From positions 5,836 to 69,835 of the forward strand of contig JAXDBM010000070.1 in NCBI GenBank assembly GCA_034678725.1: DNA of 64,000 nucleotides, written 5' to 3'. Of this stretch, positions 20,826-32,594 are shown one piece after another; position 1 is the first letter of the stretch, and each line of letters begins with the position of its first letter. The notes under the pieces are model-generated. The model saw nothing but the letters and a program-made list of their open reading frames with translations, was not told the origin of the DNA and did not search any database. Both the position numbers and the translations under genes were made by a program. This DNA comes from Syntrophales bacterium (GTDB taxonomy: Bacteria > Desulfobacterota > Syntrophia > Syntrophales > Fen-1087).

Positions 20826-22769
20826 CTACGGCGCCTTCTGTATGGCGATCAGTGGGTCGCCCACGGCGACTTTGTCGCCGGCCGTCGCGAACACCTCGGT
20901 GACCTTGCCGTTCACCTCGGAGATCACGTTGTTCAGCATCTTCATCGCCTCCAGGACGAGGAGGATCTGACCCGTCGAAACTTCGTCCCCCTCCGATACG
21001 CAGACCTCGCTGACCGTGCCGGTGATCTGGGACCGCACGTCTCCCGCCTTCGCGGCGGCCTCGATTTCCTTGGGGGAAAGCGCGGCCTTCCGCTTGACCT
21101 GTTCCCCCTCCCCGGCCAGCTCCGTCAGAATGGGCTCCGGATGGTGATCGATGATGAGGTAGGTCGTTGCGTCGCCGGATTTCGTCTTGCGCTGAGGCCC
21201 GATTTCAATGGCATGAAGCCTTCCGGACACATCGGGCACCTCGAACTTCTCGCCGAGCGCAAAACCGCCCTTGCGGAACCAGATGCTGGGGGAGAGCACC
21301 CACGTCTTGCCGTACTTGGCTTCAAACTTGAAGAAATCCACCGCATCGTTGGGATGCTGAAGATACAGGACCAGCTCATCTTCCGTCGCCGCCCTTCCCA
21401 GGCGGTGTTCGAGCACCTTCTTTTCCACATCGAGATCGACGTCCTCGATTTTCTGATAGCAGGTGTCGCATTCCACGATCTGCTTCCAGTCGGAACCGAA
21501 GACCGCCTCGTAGATCTCGTCGGACGGCCGATGAAAGGGAAGGTCGCCGTAACGACCGAGCATCAGATTTTTCAGGTCGTCGCTGACGTCCTTGTAGCGC
21601 GCGCCCTTCAGCACATTGTTGACCGCTGTCGTCCAGAGGATCTGCGATCCCGGCGTGACGCTCCACCAGTTTCCCAGCTCAAGCTGTACCCGGGGCAGTT
21701 CCTTCTGCAGGATCTCGGGCATCCGGTGGAGAAATCCCCCCTTGACGGCCTGCTCAAAACTGGAACCCGTGGCGCCGCCCGGCAGCTTGTGGATCTGGGC
21801 GGTCGGATCGAAGCCGAGAAACTGCGATTCGAAATCGCGGTAGTACTCCCGTTCCGGCCGCAGCACGTTCGACGTTTCGATGATCGCCTGGCGGTCGATG
21901 CCCGCCGCATGATATCCGTAGTCGTTGAGCGTATCCAAAACCGTCAGGATCGGCGGCGGCCCGTAAAAGCCCGTAAAGGCGTGATCGCTGGCATCGACGA
22001 TTTTCGCGCCCTTCCGCACGGCCGCCACGATCCGCCCGACATCGTTGCCGTCGGTGTTATGGCCGTGGTAGTGTACGATCAGATCGGGGTACTGCTGCAG
22101 GATCGCCTCCACGAGTTCGCCGATCCGCTTGGGCGTTCCCAGGCCGCCGTGGTTCTTGATGCAGAGGATGATGTCGTCGCCCGTCACCTCGATGATCTGC
22201 CGCACCTTGCCGACATAGTATTCATCAGAGTGCTCCGGTCCCGTGGAAAAGCAGATCGACGGCTCCAGGATCCGGCCCGCTTTCCGGACCTCCTCAAAAA
22301 CGGGCACCATGTTCGGAATGTGGTTCAGAAAGTCGAAAACCCGCCAGACGTGAACGTAGCGCGCGAAACTCTGAACCGTCAGCCGAATCACGTTGTCCGG
22401 GTACGGACGGTATCCGAACAGGTTGATGCCGCGGCAGAGAGTCTGAAACAGCGTGTCCGGCATGCTCCGGCTCAGCACTTCAAGCTTCTCGAGGGGGTTG
22501 ATCTGTTTACGCAGCATGTCCACATGGACCGAAGCCCCCCCGGTGATCTCAATCGAGAAAAAGCCCGCCTCGTTGCGGGGCTTGGCGGCAAGGAGCTGGG
22601 TGTGGGGCATGATCCGGTTCTTGAAATCGGACTGGGAAAGATCCCGCTCCGTATTCGTGATGTAATATCCCTTCTGTTTACGGATCTTGTCCAGAACGGA
22701 GGAAGCACCCTGCGCCTGAAAATCCAGGGGTGTAACCCGTTCGCCGGTCATCTGACTGGTCATGTTCAT
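20826..22769 (-). CDS. Pyruvate-carboxylase-type carboxyltransferase subunit with C-terminal biotin carrier (PycB/OadA-like, divergent)
   Basis: RD..QS, RG.NL.GYRPYPD, RVFDFLN, HGHNT, TPGSQI motifs of the PC carboxyltransferase TIM barrel; biotinylation site EAMKM. Confidence 0.88.
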   Translation of the reverse strand: MNMTSQMTGERVTPLDFQAQGASSVLDKIRKQKGYYITNTERDLSQSDFKNRIMPHTQLLAAKPRNEAGFFSIEITGGASVHVDMLRKQINPLEKLEVLSRSMPDTLFQTLCRGINLFGYRPYPDNVIRLTVQSFARYVHVWRVFDFLNHIPNMVPVFEEVRKAGRILEPSICFSTGPEHSDEYYVGKVRQIIEVTGDDIILCIKNHGGLGTPKRIGELVEAILQQYPDLIVHYHGHNTDGNDVGRIVAAVRKGAKIVDASDHAFTGFYGPPPILTVLDTLNDYGYHAAGIDRQAIIETSNVLRPEREYYRDFESQFLGFDPTAQIHKLPGGATGSSFEQAVKGGFLHRMPEILQKELPRVQLELGNWWSVTPGSQILWTTAVNNVLKGARYKDVSDDLKNLMLGRYGDLPFHRPSDEIYEAVFGSDWKQIVECDTCYQKIEDVDLDVEKKVLEHRLGRAATEDELVLYLQHPNDAVDFFKFEAKYGKTWVLSPSIWFRKGGFALGEKFEVPDVSGRLHAIEIGPQRKTKSGDATTYLIIDHHPEPILTELAGEGEQVKRKAALSPKEIEAAAKAGDVRSQITGTVSEVCVSEGDEVSTGQILLVLEAMKMLNNVISEVNGKVTEVFATAGDKVAVGDPLIAIQKAP

Positions 22770-22853
22770 AAATGATCTGTCCTGTTTTCCCTCTGTTGTC
22801 TCTTCACGATCACGATCGTGGCCGGGTTGATCGGCGGCCGGGAGCGGCCGGAA

Positions 22854-24308
22854 TCAAGCGGCGTAGGGATTGACTTTCTTCGCATGAATCTCCGCGATCA
22901 GCTTCGCCAGTTTGGCAACTTCCCGTTCGGGCTCGGGGTAGTTGAAAATCTCCGGATGGGTTTCGATGTAACCGGTATCGAAACGGCCGGCCTGAAAATC
23001 GGGGTCATCGCAGATGGCCAGATAGAAGGGAATGGTCGTCTTCGGTCCCACGATGAGGAACCCGTTCAGGGCTCTCCGCAGCCGCTGCAGCGTCTGCTCC
23101 CAGTTGTACCCCCGGACGGTCATCTTGACCAGGAGGGAGTCGTATTCCGTGGGGATTTTGAATCCCTGGTAGACGGCGCCGTCCAGCCGGACGCCGGGTC
23201 CGCCGGATGACTGGTACACCTCGACGCGCTTGCCCCCCTCCGGCATGAAATTGTTCTTGGGATCCTCGGCGTTGATCCGGACCTGCACGGCCTTGCCCAG
23301 CAGGGTGATCCGCTCCTTCGGGATTTCCAGACGGTGACCTTCGGCGATGCGGATCTGCTCCCGGACGATATCGACGCCGGTCAGCTCCTCCGTGACGGTG
23401 TGCTCGACCTGAAGCCGCGTGTTCATCTCCATGAACCAGAATTCATGGGTTCTGGAATCGACCAGGAACTCGACCGTGCCGGCGTTGATGTAACCCGCCT
23501 CCCGGGACGCCCGGATCGCGCAATCATACATGGATGCGAGCACGTCTTTGGGCAGCTCCGCCGGCGCGATCTCCAGGAGCTTCTGATGCCTGCGCTGAAT
23601 GGAGCAATCGCGGGACCCCAGATGAATGATCTGACCGTGACGGTCGGCCAGGATCTGAATCTCCACGTGCCGGGGCGCTTCGATAAATTTCTCCATGTAA
23701 ATGCTTTCATCGTTGAAGGCCGAAAGGGATTCCGCCCGCGCCTGGGGAAGCTGCACGATGAGGTCCGCCTCACTGACGACTTTCCGGATCCCCCGCCCGC
23801 CGCCGCCCGACGAGGCCTTCAGCATGACCGGGTATCCATGCCTGTTGGCAAAGGCAAACGCTTCATTGAGCCCGGCGCTCCCGCGCATCAGATCTCCCGT
23901 ACCGGGAATGAAGGGAATACCGGCCCGCTCCATGAGCTTCCGGGCCACGACCTTGTTGCCGAGATCGCGAATGACCTGGGGAGGCGGACCGATGAATACA
24001 ATGCCCTCTTTCTCGCAGGCCTCTGAAAAATCAGCATTTTCCGCCAGAAAACCATAACCCGGATGGATGGCGTCTGCGCCGCTCTTTCGGGCGGCCCAGA
24101 TGACCTTGTCGATGTTCAGATAATCCTTTCGCGGTCCTTCCCCGATCATGACGGCATCATCCGCCAGCCGGACATAATAGGCGTTCCGGTCGGGCTTCTC
24201 GTAGATGACGACGGCGTCAAGGCCTAGTTCCTGAACGGTTCTCATCACCCTCAGGGCAATTTCACCCCGGTTTGCAATCAACACCTTTCTGATTTTCCGC
24301 AATGCCAT
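22854..24308 (-). CDS. Biotin carboxylase subunit (PycA/AccC-like)
   Basis: VLIANRGEIA, HPGYGFLAEN, GGGGRG, RDCSIQRRHQKL, EMNTRLQVEH, RINAEDP. Confidence 0.95.
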   Translation of the reverse strand: MALRKIRKVLIANRGEIALRVMRTVQELGLDAVVIYEKPDRNAYYVRLADDAVMIGEGPRKDYLNIDKVIWAARKSGADAIHPGYGFLAENADFSEACEKEGIVFIGPPPQVIRDLGNKVVARKLMERAGIPFIPGTGDLMRGSAGLNEAFAFANRHGYPVMLKASSGGGGRGIRKVVSEADLIVQLPQARAESLSAFNDESIYMEKFIEAPRHVEIQILADRHGQIIHLGSRDCSIQRRHQKLLEIAPAELPKDVLASMYDCAIRASREAGYINAGTVEFLVDSRTHEFWFMEMNTRLQVEHTVTEELTGVDIVREQIRIAEGHRLEIPKERITLLGKAVQVRINAEDPKNNFMPEGGKRVEVYQSSGGPGVRLDGAVYQGFKIPTEYDSLLVKMTVRGYNWEQTLQRLRRALNGFLIVGPKTTIPFYLAICDDPDFQAGRFDTGYIETHPEIFNYPEPEREVAKLAKLIAEIHAKKVNPYAA

Positions 24309-24620
24309 GGCCACCCTTTCCAAAATGTCCGGCCAACCCGTTGAAAAACGATCCAACTGCTTAATATATCAGAGTATTTTCCAGACCCAACAAAAGTTCC
24401 CTTGAATAAGGGAGCTTTTATACTGTCATCAAGCCATTCTGTCAACTCAATAATCGCAACGCCCATGACAAATGCGGCGAAAGTCCGGGACCGCAGCAGC
24501 CGGGTTCCGCATCCGCCCCATTCCATTTTGCCCAGAATTGTCTTGACTTCAAACGAGGGGTTACGCTAAACAGCACGACCACACGACGATCATCGGTTTG
24601 GTATCCGGAAAGGAGCACCC

Positions 24621-26705
24621 ATGGCAAAATATGAATCAACCTCGCTGAGAAATGTGGCCATCATCGGACACGGCGGAACGGGCAAGACATCGCTTTGTGA
24701 AGCCTTTCTTTTCACAGCCGGAAAAACGGACAGGCCCGGCCGGGTGGATGACGGAACGTCCGGCATGGACTATGAGCCGGAGGAACAGAAGCGACGCATC
24801 TCCATCAGCGCCGCAACCAATTACTTCGACTGGAACAAACACAAAATCAACATTCTGGACACGCCGGGCGACTCCAACTTCGCCTTCGACACCAAAAGCT
24901 GCCTCCGCATCATCGACGGTGCCGTGATCGTCATCGACGCGGTCGGCGGCGTCGAGTTCCAGACGCAGAAGGTCTGGGAATACGCCGATGCGTTCAAACT
25001 GCCGAGAATCCTCTACGTCAACCGCATGGACCGGGAGCGGGCCGACTTCATGAAATCCGTAAACAGTGTCAAGGAAAAAATCGGCCGGAAAGCCACACCT
25101 CTTTTTCTGCCCATCGGAAAGGAAGACGGTTTCAAGGGCATTGTCGACCTGCTGGCCATGAAAGCTTGTCTGTTCGAAGACCCGAAGGGCATCTGCAAAT
25201 TTGCGGAAGTTCCCGAGGAAATGAAAAGCGACGCGGAGCAGTGCCGTGAAACCATGGTCGAGGACATCGCCGAGTGCGACGAGGCATTGATGGACAAGTA
25301 CCTGGAAAGCGGTGAACTCACACCCGAAGAACTGGCCATCGGACTGTGCAAGGGGATCGCCTCCGGCGCCCTGTTTCCCGTTGTCTGCGGTTCGGCAACG
25401 AAAAACATCGGGGTTTCGACACTGATGGACATGATCGTTCAGTACCTGCCCTCACCCGTGGACCGGGGCGCGGTTGCCGGAAAGAAGCCGGGGAAAGAAG
25501 AAGTGGAGCAACGGCGTCCGGAGGCATCGGAACCCTTTTCCGCCATGGTCTTCAAGACAATTGCCGACCCCTATGCGGGACGGCTTACCCTTTTCCGCGT
25601 CTATTCGGGCACCCTCAGTTCCGAGGGAAGCATATACAACGCCAACCGAAAGCTGACCGAGCGCTTCAGCAATGCCTTTTTCCTGGAGGGAAAAAACCAG
25701 AAACCCGCCGAAATCCTCGTCCCCGGGGATATCGCCGTCCTGGCAAAATTGAAGGAAACGGCGACAGGGGACACGATCTGCAACGAGAAGGCGCCCATCC
25801 TGTTCGACAAACTGGAAATCCCTCCCCCGATCATGTCCTTTGCCATCGAGCCGAAATCGAGGGGCGACGAGGACAAGATCGTCTCCTCGATCCACCGCCT
25901 GACGGAAGAGGACCCCACGCTGAACTTCCGCAGGGAGGAACAGACCAAGGAAATGATTCTCTCCGGGATGGGGCAGATCCACATCGAAGTCGCCGTGGAG
26001 AAAATGAAACGGAAATTCGGGGTGGAGGTCAACCTCAAGATCCCCAAGGTCCCCTACAAGGAGACCATCAAGGGCAAGACCAATGTCCAGGGCCGCTACA
26101 AGAAACAGTCGGGCGGCCGGGGCCAGTTCGGCGATTGCTGGCTGGATATCGAACCCCTGCCCCGGGGCGGCGGCTTTGAGTTCGTCGACAAGATCGTCGG
26201 CGGCGTCATTCCCCAGCAGTACCGGCCGGCCGTTGAAAAGGGCATCGTCGAGGCCATGGGGGAAGGCGTCGTGGCCGGCTATCCCATCGTGGATGTGAAG
26301 GTGACCCTGATGGACGGTTCCTACCACACCGTCGACTCTTCCGAAATGGCGTTTAAGATCGCCGGATCGCTTGGGTTCAAGAAGGGCATTCTGGCCTGCC
26401 AACCCACCCTGCTCGAACCCATTGTCAACATTGACATCGAAATCCCCGATGAATACATGGGGGATGTCATCGGCGATCTGAACAGCCGCAGGGGCCGCGT
26501 GTTGGGAATGGACACCCGGGGCACCAACCAGATCGTCAAAGGCCTGGCCCCGCTCGCGGAAATCCTCAAATACGCCCCGGACTTGCGCTCCATGACCAGC
26601 GGCCGCGGCACCTTCACCTACACGCACTCGCACTACGAGGAAGTTCCGCCCTTCATCGCGGAAAAAATCATCGCGGACTTCAAGGCCAAGAAGGAAGAGG
26701 TGTAG
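24621..26705 (+). CDS. fusA: Elongation factor G paralogue (EF-G2-like)
   Basis: 694 aa five-domain EF-G layout; GHGGTGKT, DTPG, NRMD, GMGQIH, KQSGGRGQFG, YHTVDSSEMAF; outside the str operon and with altered G motifs. Confidence 0.92.
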   Translation: MAKYESTSLRNVAIIGHGGTGKTSLCEAFLFTAGKTDRPGRVDDGTSGMDYEPEEQKRRISISAATNYFDWNKHKINILDTPGDSNFAFDTKSCLRIIDGAVIVIDAVGGVEFQTQKVWEYADAFKLPRILYVNRMDRERADFMKSVNSVKEKIGRKATPLFLPIGKEDGFKGIVDLLAMKACLFEDPKGICKFAEVPEEMKSDAEQCRETMVEDIAECDEALMDKYLESGELTPEELAIGLCKGIASGALFPVVCGSATKNIGVSTLMDMIVQYLPSPVDRGAVAGKKPGKEEVEQRRPEASEPFSAMVFKTIADPYAGRLTLFRVYSGTLSSEGSIYNANRKLTERFSNAFFLEGKNQKPAEILVPGDIAVLAKLKETATGDTICNEKAPILFDKLEIPPPIMSFAIEPKSRGDEDKIVSSIHRLTEEDPTLNFRREEQTKEMILSGMGQIHIEVAVEKMKRKFGVEVNLKIPKVPYKETIKGKTNVQGRYKKQSGGRGQFGDCWLDIEPLPRGGGFEFVDKIVGGVIPQQYRPAVEKGIVEAMGEGVVAGYPIVDVKVTLMDGSYHTVDSSEMAFKIAGSLGFKKGILACQPTLLEPIVNIDIEIPDEYMGDVIGDLNSRRGRVLGMDTRGTNQIVKGLAPLAEILKYAPDLRSMTSGRGTFTYTHSHYEEVPPFIAEKIIADFKAKKEEV

Positions 26706-26706
26706 G

Positions 26707-27198
26707 TTGACCTTTCGTGCCGGCGTAATCACCGTCAGCGACAGGGGCTCGCAGGGGATCCGTGAAGACAAAAGCGGCCCGGAGATCGAGAAGATGCTGG
26801 AGGGGATCGGAATCGAGATCGGGGGGCGTGCAATGGTGCCCGATGAGATCGATCCAATCCGTGCATCGCTCATCGATTTCACCGATTGCCGGCAAATGGA
26901 CCTGGTCGTCACGACCGGCGGGACCGGCGTTTCCCCGAGGGACGTGACACCGGACGCCACAATGGCGGTCATCGACCGGGAGGTCCCCGGCATGGCGGAA
27001 GCCATGCGCCGAGAAAGCCACCGGATCACGCCTCATGCTTTAATCTCACGGGCCGTTGCCGGCATCCGGGGACGGACTCTGATCGTCAACCTGCCGGGCA
27101 GTCCGAAGAGCGTCCGCGAGAACCTTTCGGTCATCCTGCCCGCGATCCGGCACGCAATCGAAAAAATCAAGGGGGATGACAGGGAATGTGCCGCCTGA
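26707..27198 (+). CDS. mog: Molybdopterin adenylyltransferase (MogA/MoaB family)
   Basis: ITVSD, D.SG, TTGGTG..PRDVTPDA, NLPGSP. Confidence 0.92.
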   Translation: MTFRAGVITVSDRGSQGIREDKSGPEIEKMLEGIGIEIGGRAMVPDEIDPIRASLIDFTDCRQMDLVVTTGGTGVSPRDVTPDATMAVIDREVPGMAEAMRRESHRITPHALISRAVAGIRGRTLIVNLPGSPKSVRENLSVILPAIRHAIEKIKGDDRECAA

Positions 27199-27706
27199 GA
27201 AACCGGCGGGCGTTCTCACCGTGGGTGCCGGGCCAGTAGACCCGCCGGCACTGCGGGCACTCTCGAAAGTCGGCAATGTTCCGACAGACGTACTCCGGAA
27301 CCCGGTCCTCGACATCATCCCTCTCGACCTTCTCCAGGATCAGATTGCACCGCAGGCATCTGCTGAAAAACCGCTCCGGCGCCGGACGAAGGCCGAACCG
27401 TTCGACGACCTCCCGGATCTGCCGTGGAACGCGGTCCGATGCGATGACGAGAATACAGCCGCTGAACTGCCTTTCGGCCATGTTCCGTTTTCGCGTCAGG
27501 ACAACCCGACCCTCCTCCCGGGCACGGCGCAAAAACCGCCTGTCCGCTTCGCCGCGTTCGCCTTCCGTGTCATAGCCCAGCATGCGCATCCATGTGACCA
27601 GCCTTCCCAGATTGGCATCGGCAGCGAAGCGCAGCTCGGGCTGGTCTTTTTCCGGTGAATGATGCGACGGGAGCGCAGACACGGGGCGGCGGGAGGATCT
27701 CTTCAT
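27167..27706 (-). CDS. Mut7-C RNase (PIN-like) domain protein with zinc ribbon
   Basis: RFAADANLGRL..WMRMLGYD, R..LTR, RCLRCN...CPQCRRVYWPGTH; start uncertain. Confidence 0.85.
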   Translation of the reverse strand: MKRSSRRPVSALPSHHSPEKDQPELRFAADANLGRLVTWMRMLGYDTEGERGEADRRFLRRAREEGRVVLTRKRNMAERQFSGCILVIASDRVPRQIREVVERFGLRPAPERFFSRCLRCNLILEKVERDDVEDRVPEYVCRNIADFRECPQCRRVYWPGTHGENARRFLRRHIPCHPP

Positions 27707-27720
27707 CTCCGGATTGCCGA

Positions 27721-28053
27721 TCAGGACACCGGGGATCCGCTTTTCGCGCCGCTGGGGTCGCCCGCTTTGTCGTCCAGAAGCTGCGGTGCTTCGTTAGCCC
27801 TCAGATCCTTTCTCAATTCCCGAATGGTCTTGTTCAGTTTCGTGATCGTCCGGGACAGCCGGAACCGTTCCACAATGCCCATGAACCCCGCAAAGACTAC
27901 ACCGGCCAGAAAGGAGATGAAAAGAAGCATGTAGGTCTTCACAACAATGCGATATTCCAGATACTGCAGGGAAACGGGCTCCGTGTTCTCCAGCGAAAAC
28001 GTGATGATGAACAGCATAACCAGAACCACGATGACCGTATAGAAAAGCTTCAT
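27721..28053 (-). CDS. LapA-family membrane protein
   Basis: Two TM helices around F...N...V.L.Y, followed by a basic coiled coil. Confidence 0.75.
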   Translation of the reverse strand: MKLFYTVIVVLVMLFIITFSLENTEPVSLQYLEYRIVVKTYMLLFISFLAGVVFAGFMGIVERFRLSRTITKLNKTIRELRKDLRANEAPQLLDDKAGDPSGAKSGSPVS

Positions 28054-28054
28054 T

Positions 28055-28543
28055 TCAATCCTCCTGATAGTATTTCCTGAAGCAGGGCCGCAGGGAATCT
28101 CTCGTCCGGTAAAGATCTTCAGGGATCACACGGATGCTTCCCACCGTACTCATGAAATTCGTGTCCCCATTCCACCGGGGAATGACGTGGACATGAAGAT
28201 GGTCGTCGACGCCGGCCCCGGCTGCCTTTCCCAGATTCATACCGATGTTGAACCCCTCCGGCCGCATGACTTCCTTCAGGGATCTCACGGAAATCTCGAT
28301 CAACTCCAGGGTTTCCGACTTCTCGAGGGGATGAAGGTCCTCGATCTGCCGAACATGGCGGAAAGGGATCACCATGAGGTGCCCGCTGATGTAGGGATAG
28401 CGGTTCAGCATGACAAAGGCCGACTTGCCCTCGATGAGAATCAGGTCGTCTTCCCGGATCGAATCCTTGCAGAAAACGCAGCCCGCAGGCTTTTCGCTTT
28501 TGATGTAAGCCATTCGCCAGGGCGCATACATCGACTTTGTCAT
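28055..28543 (-). CDS. HIT-family nucleotide hydrolase/transferase (Ap4A phosphorylase-like)
   Basis: APWRMAYI, CVFC, LNRYPY.SGHLM, GMNLG..AGAG, HLHVH histidine triad. Confidence 0.93.
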   Translation of the reverse strand: MTKSMYAPWRMAYIKSEKPAGCVFCKDSIREDDLILIEGKSAFVMLNRYPYISGHLMVIPFRHVRQIEDLHPLEKSETLELIEISVRSLKEVMRPEGFNIGMNLGKAAGAGVDDHLHVHVIPRWNGDTNFMSTVGSIRVIPEDLYRTRDSLRPCFRKYYQED

Positions 28544-28580
28544 CCCGCTTTCACCCCGAACCACTCTGCCTGTTTCTTGA

Positions 28581-31055
<2,475 letters not shown>

Positions 31056-31056
31056 C

Positions 31057-31332
31057 TTGAAGCGGATCCGCGTCACCATTTCCGGCCTCGTTCAGGGCGT
31101 GGCGTTCCGCCATGAGACACGGAAGACGGCCCTCTCCCTGAACCTGACCGGCTGGGTCAGAAACCTCCCGGACGGCCGGGTGGAAGCCGTCTTTGCGGGA
31201 GCGGACGAATCCGTCGCAGCCATGCTTAGCTGGTGCCGGAAAGGCCCCCGCCTTTCCCGCGTGCGCGACGTCCAGGTGTGGGAAGAAGCGGGCTCCGAAT
31301 CTTTCGACGCCTTCGAGATCCGCTACGGATGA
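31057..31332 (+). CDS. acyP: Acylphosphatase
   Basis: GLVQGVAFR, GWVRNLPDGRVE, W..KGP. Confidence 0.93.
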   Translation: MKRIRVTISGLVQGVAFRHETRKTALSLNLTGWVRNLPDGRVEAVFAGADESVAAMLSWCRKGPRLSRVRDVQVWEEAGSESFDAFEIRYG

Positions 31333-31396
31333 CGGATCGCCCGCCGCGGCAGCCCGCCGTTCTAAAGGGGCCGCGGGCTTCCCTTGGCGTTCAGCT

Positions 31397-32578
31397 TCAG
31401 GTGAATTCCCGGAAGGTTTCCTCGAATCCCTCCATTGCATTGACGATGGTGGCGTCATCGACGCAATAGGCGATCCGGAAATGCCCGGGACCGCCGAACC
31501 CGCTGCCCGGAACGGTGAGAATCCTCCTCTTCTGAAGCGCCGTCACGAAGGCGACATCGTCCCCGATCGGCGTCTTCGGGAAAAGATAGAAGGCCCCCTC
31601 GGGCCTGTGAAATCTGTAGCCGATCGATGCAAGCCCGTCGCAGAGCAGATCGCGCTTCCGCCGGTATTGGCCGACATCCACCCGCAAACCCTGTATGCCG
31701 GCAATGACCCGCTGCATCAGGGCCGGCGCATTGACGAAGCCGAGGATCCGGTTGCAGAGAACCATGCCGTCGATCGCATCCCGAACCCCGGACAGAATCG
31801 GATTGACGGCGATGTAACCGATCCGTTCGCCCGGCAGGGAAAGGCTTTTGGAATAGGACGTCGCGACGATGCTGTTCGGACAGGCCTGCAGGATGCTGGG
31901 CACCCGGACGCCGTCATAGACGATCTCGCCGTACGGTTCGTCGGACACGAGGTAGATCGTCTTCCCCAGCGCCCGGCCCTTGTCCTCCAGAAGCGCCGCA
32001 AGCGCCCGAATCGAGCCTTCATCATAGACCCTGCCCGTCGGGTTGTTGGGCGAATTGATCAGAACGACCTTGGTCCTGTCCGTAATGGCGGACTCCATAG
32101 CGTCCAGATCCAGAGAGAAATCATCTTTCGTTTCGACCGTTTTCAGGATGCCGCCGGCGTTGTCGGCATAGAATCGGTACTCCACGAAAAACGGCGAAGG
32201 AACCAGCACCTCGTCGCCGGGATCCAGCAGGGTCTTCAGGATGACGTTCAGGGCGCCTCCGGCGCCGCAGGTCATGATGATGTGCTCGGCGGTTAGGGAC
32301 AGGCCGTGCGGCTCGCTGAGGTGAGCGGCGACGGCGGCCCGCGTCTCCGGGTATCCCGCATTCGGCATGTAGGCATGGCTGCCGGGTCCGGCCGTCTTGA
32401 CGATCTTTTCGAGATGATCCTCGAAAAGAAGGGGGGGATCGATGTTCGGGTTTCCGAGGCTGAAATCGTAGACCCGGTCGGCGCCAAACTGCTTCCTCAG
32501 GCCGATACCTTCCTCGAACATCTTCCGGATCCAGGATGACTGTGTGATAAAGCCTTGTATTTTCTTTGAGATCGTCAT
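31397..32578 (-). CDS. Pyridoxal-phosphate-dependent aminotransferase class I/II
   Basis: SWIRKMFEEG, DFSLGNP, NSPNNPTG, SDEPY, SYSKSLSLPGERIG. Confidence 0.94.
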   Translation of the reverse strand: MTISKKIQGFITQSSWIRKMFEEGIGLRKQFGADRVYDFSLGNPNIDPPLLFEDHLEKIVKTAGPGSHAYMPNAGYPETRAAVAAHLSEPHGLSLTAEHIIMTCGAGGALNVILKTLLDPGDEVLVPSPFFVEYRFYADNAGGILKTVETKDDFSLDLDAMESAITDRTKVVLINSPNNPTGRVYDEGSIRALAALLEDKGRALGKTIYLVSDEPYGEIVYDGVRVPSILQACPNSIVATSYSKSLSLPGERIGYIAVNPILSGVRDAIDGMVLCNRILGFVNAPALMQRVIAGIQGLRVDVGQYRRKRDLLCDGLASIGYRFHRPEGAFYLFPKTPIGDDVAFVTALQKRRILTVPGSGFGGPGHFRIAYCVDDATIVNAMEGFEETFREFT

Positions 32579-32594
32579 GTCAGCTCCTTGGCCG

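Noticed and set aside
19155-22775. Long plus-strand ORFs (516 aa and 665 aa)
   Set aside because: Antisense to secA and the carboxyltransferase gene, which have clear family motifs
24469-24478. CAAATGCGGC identical to 56799-56808, suggesting a shared regulon
   Set aside because: One shared 10-mer among a few kb of intergenic DNA is expected by chance
25452-27029. 525-aa minus-strand ORF
   Set aside because: Antisense shadow of the EF-G paralogue and mog
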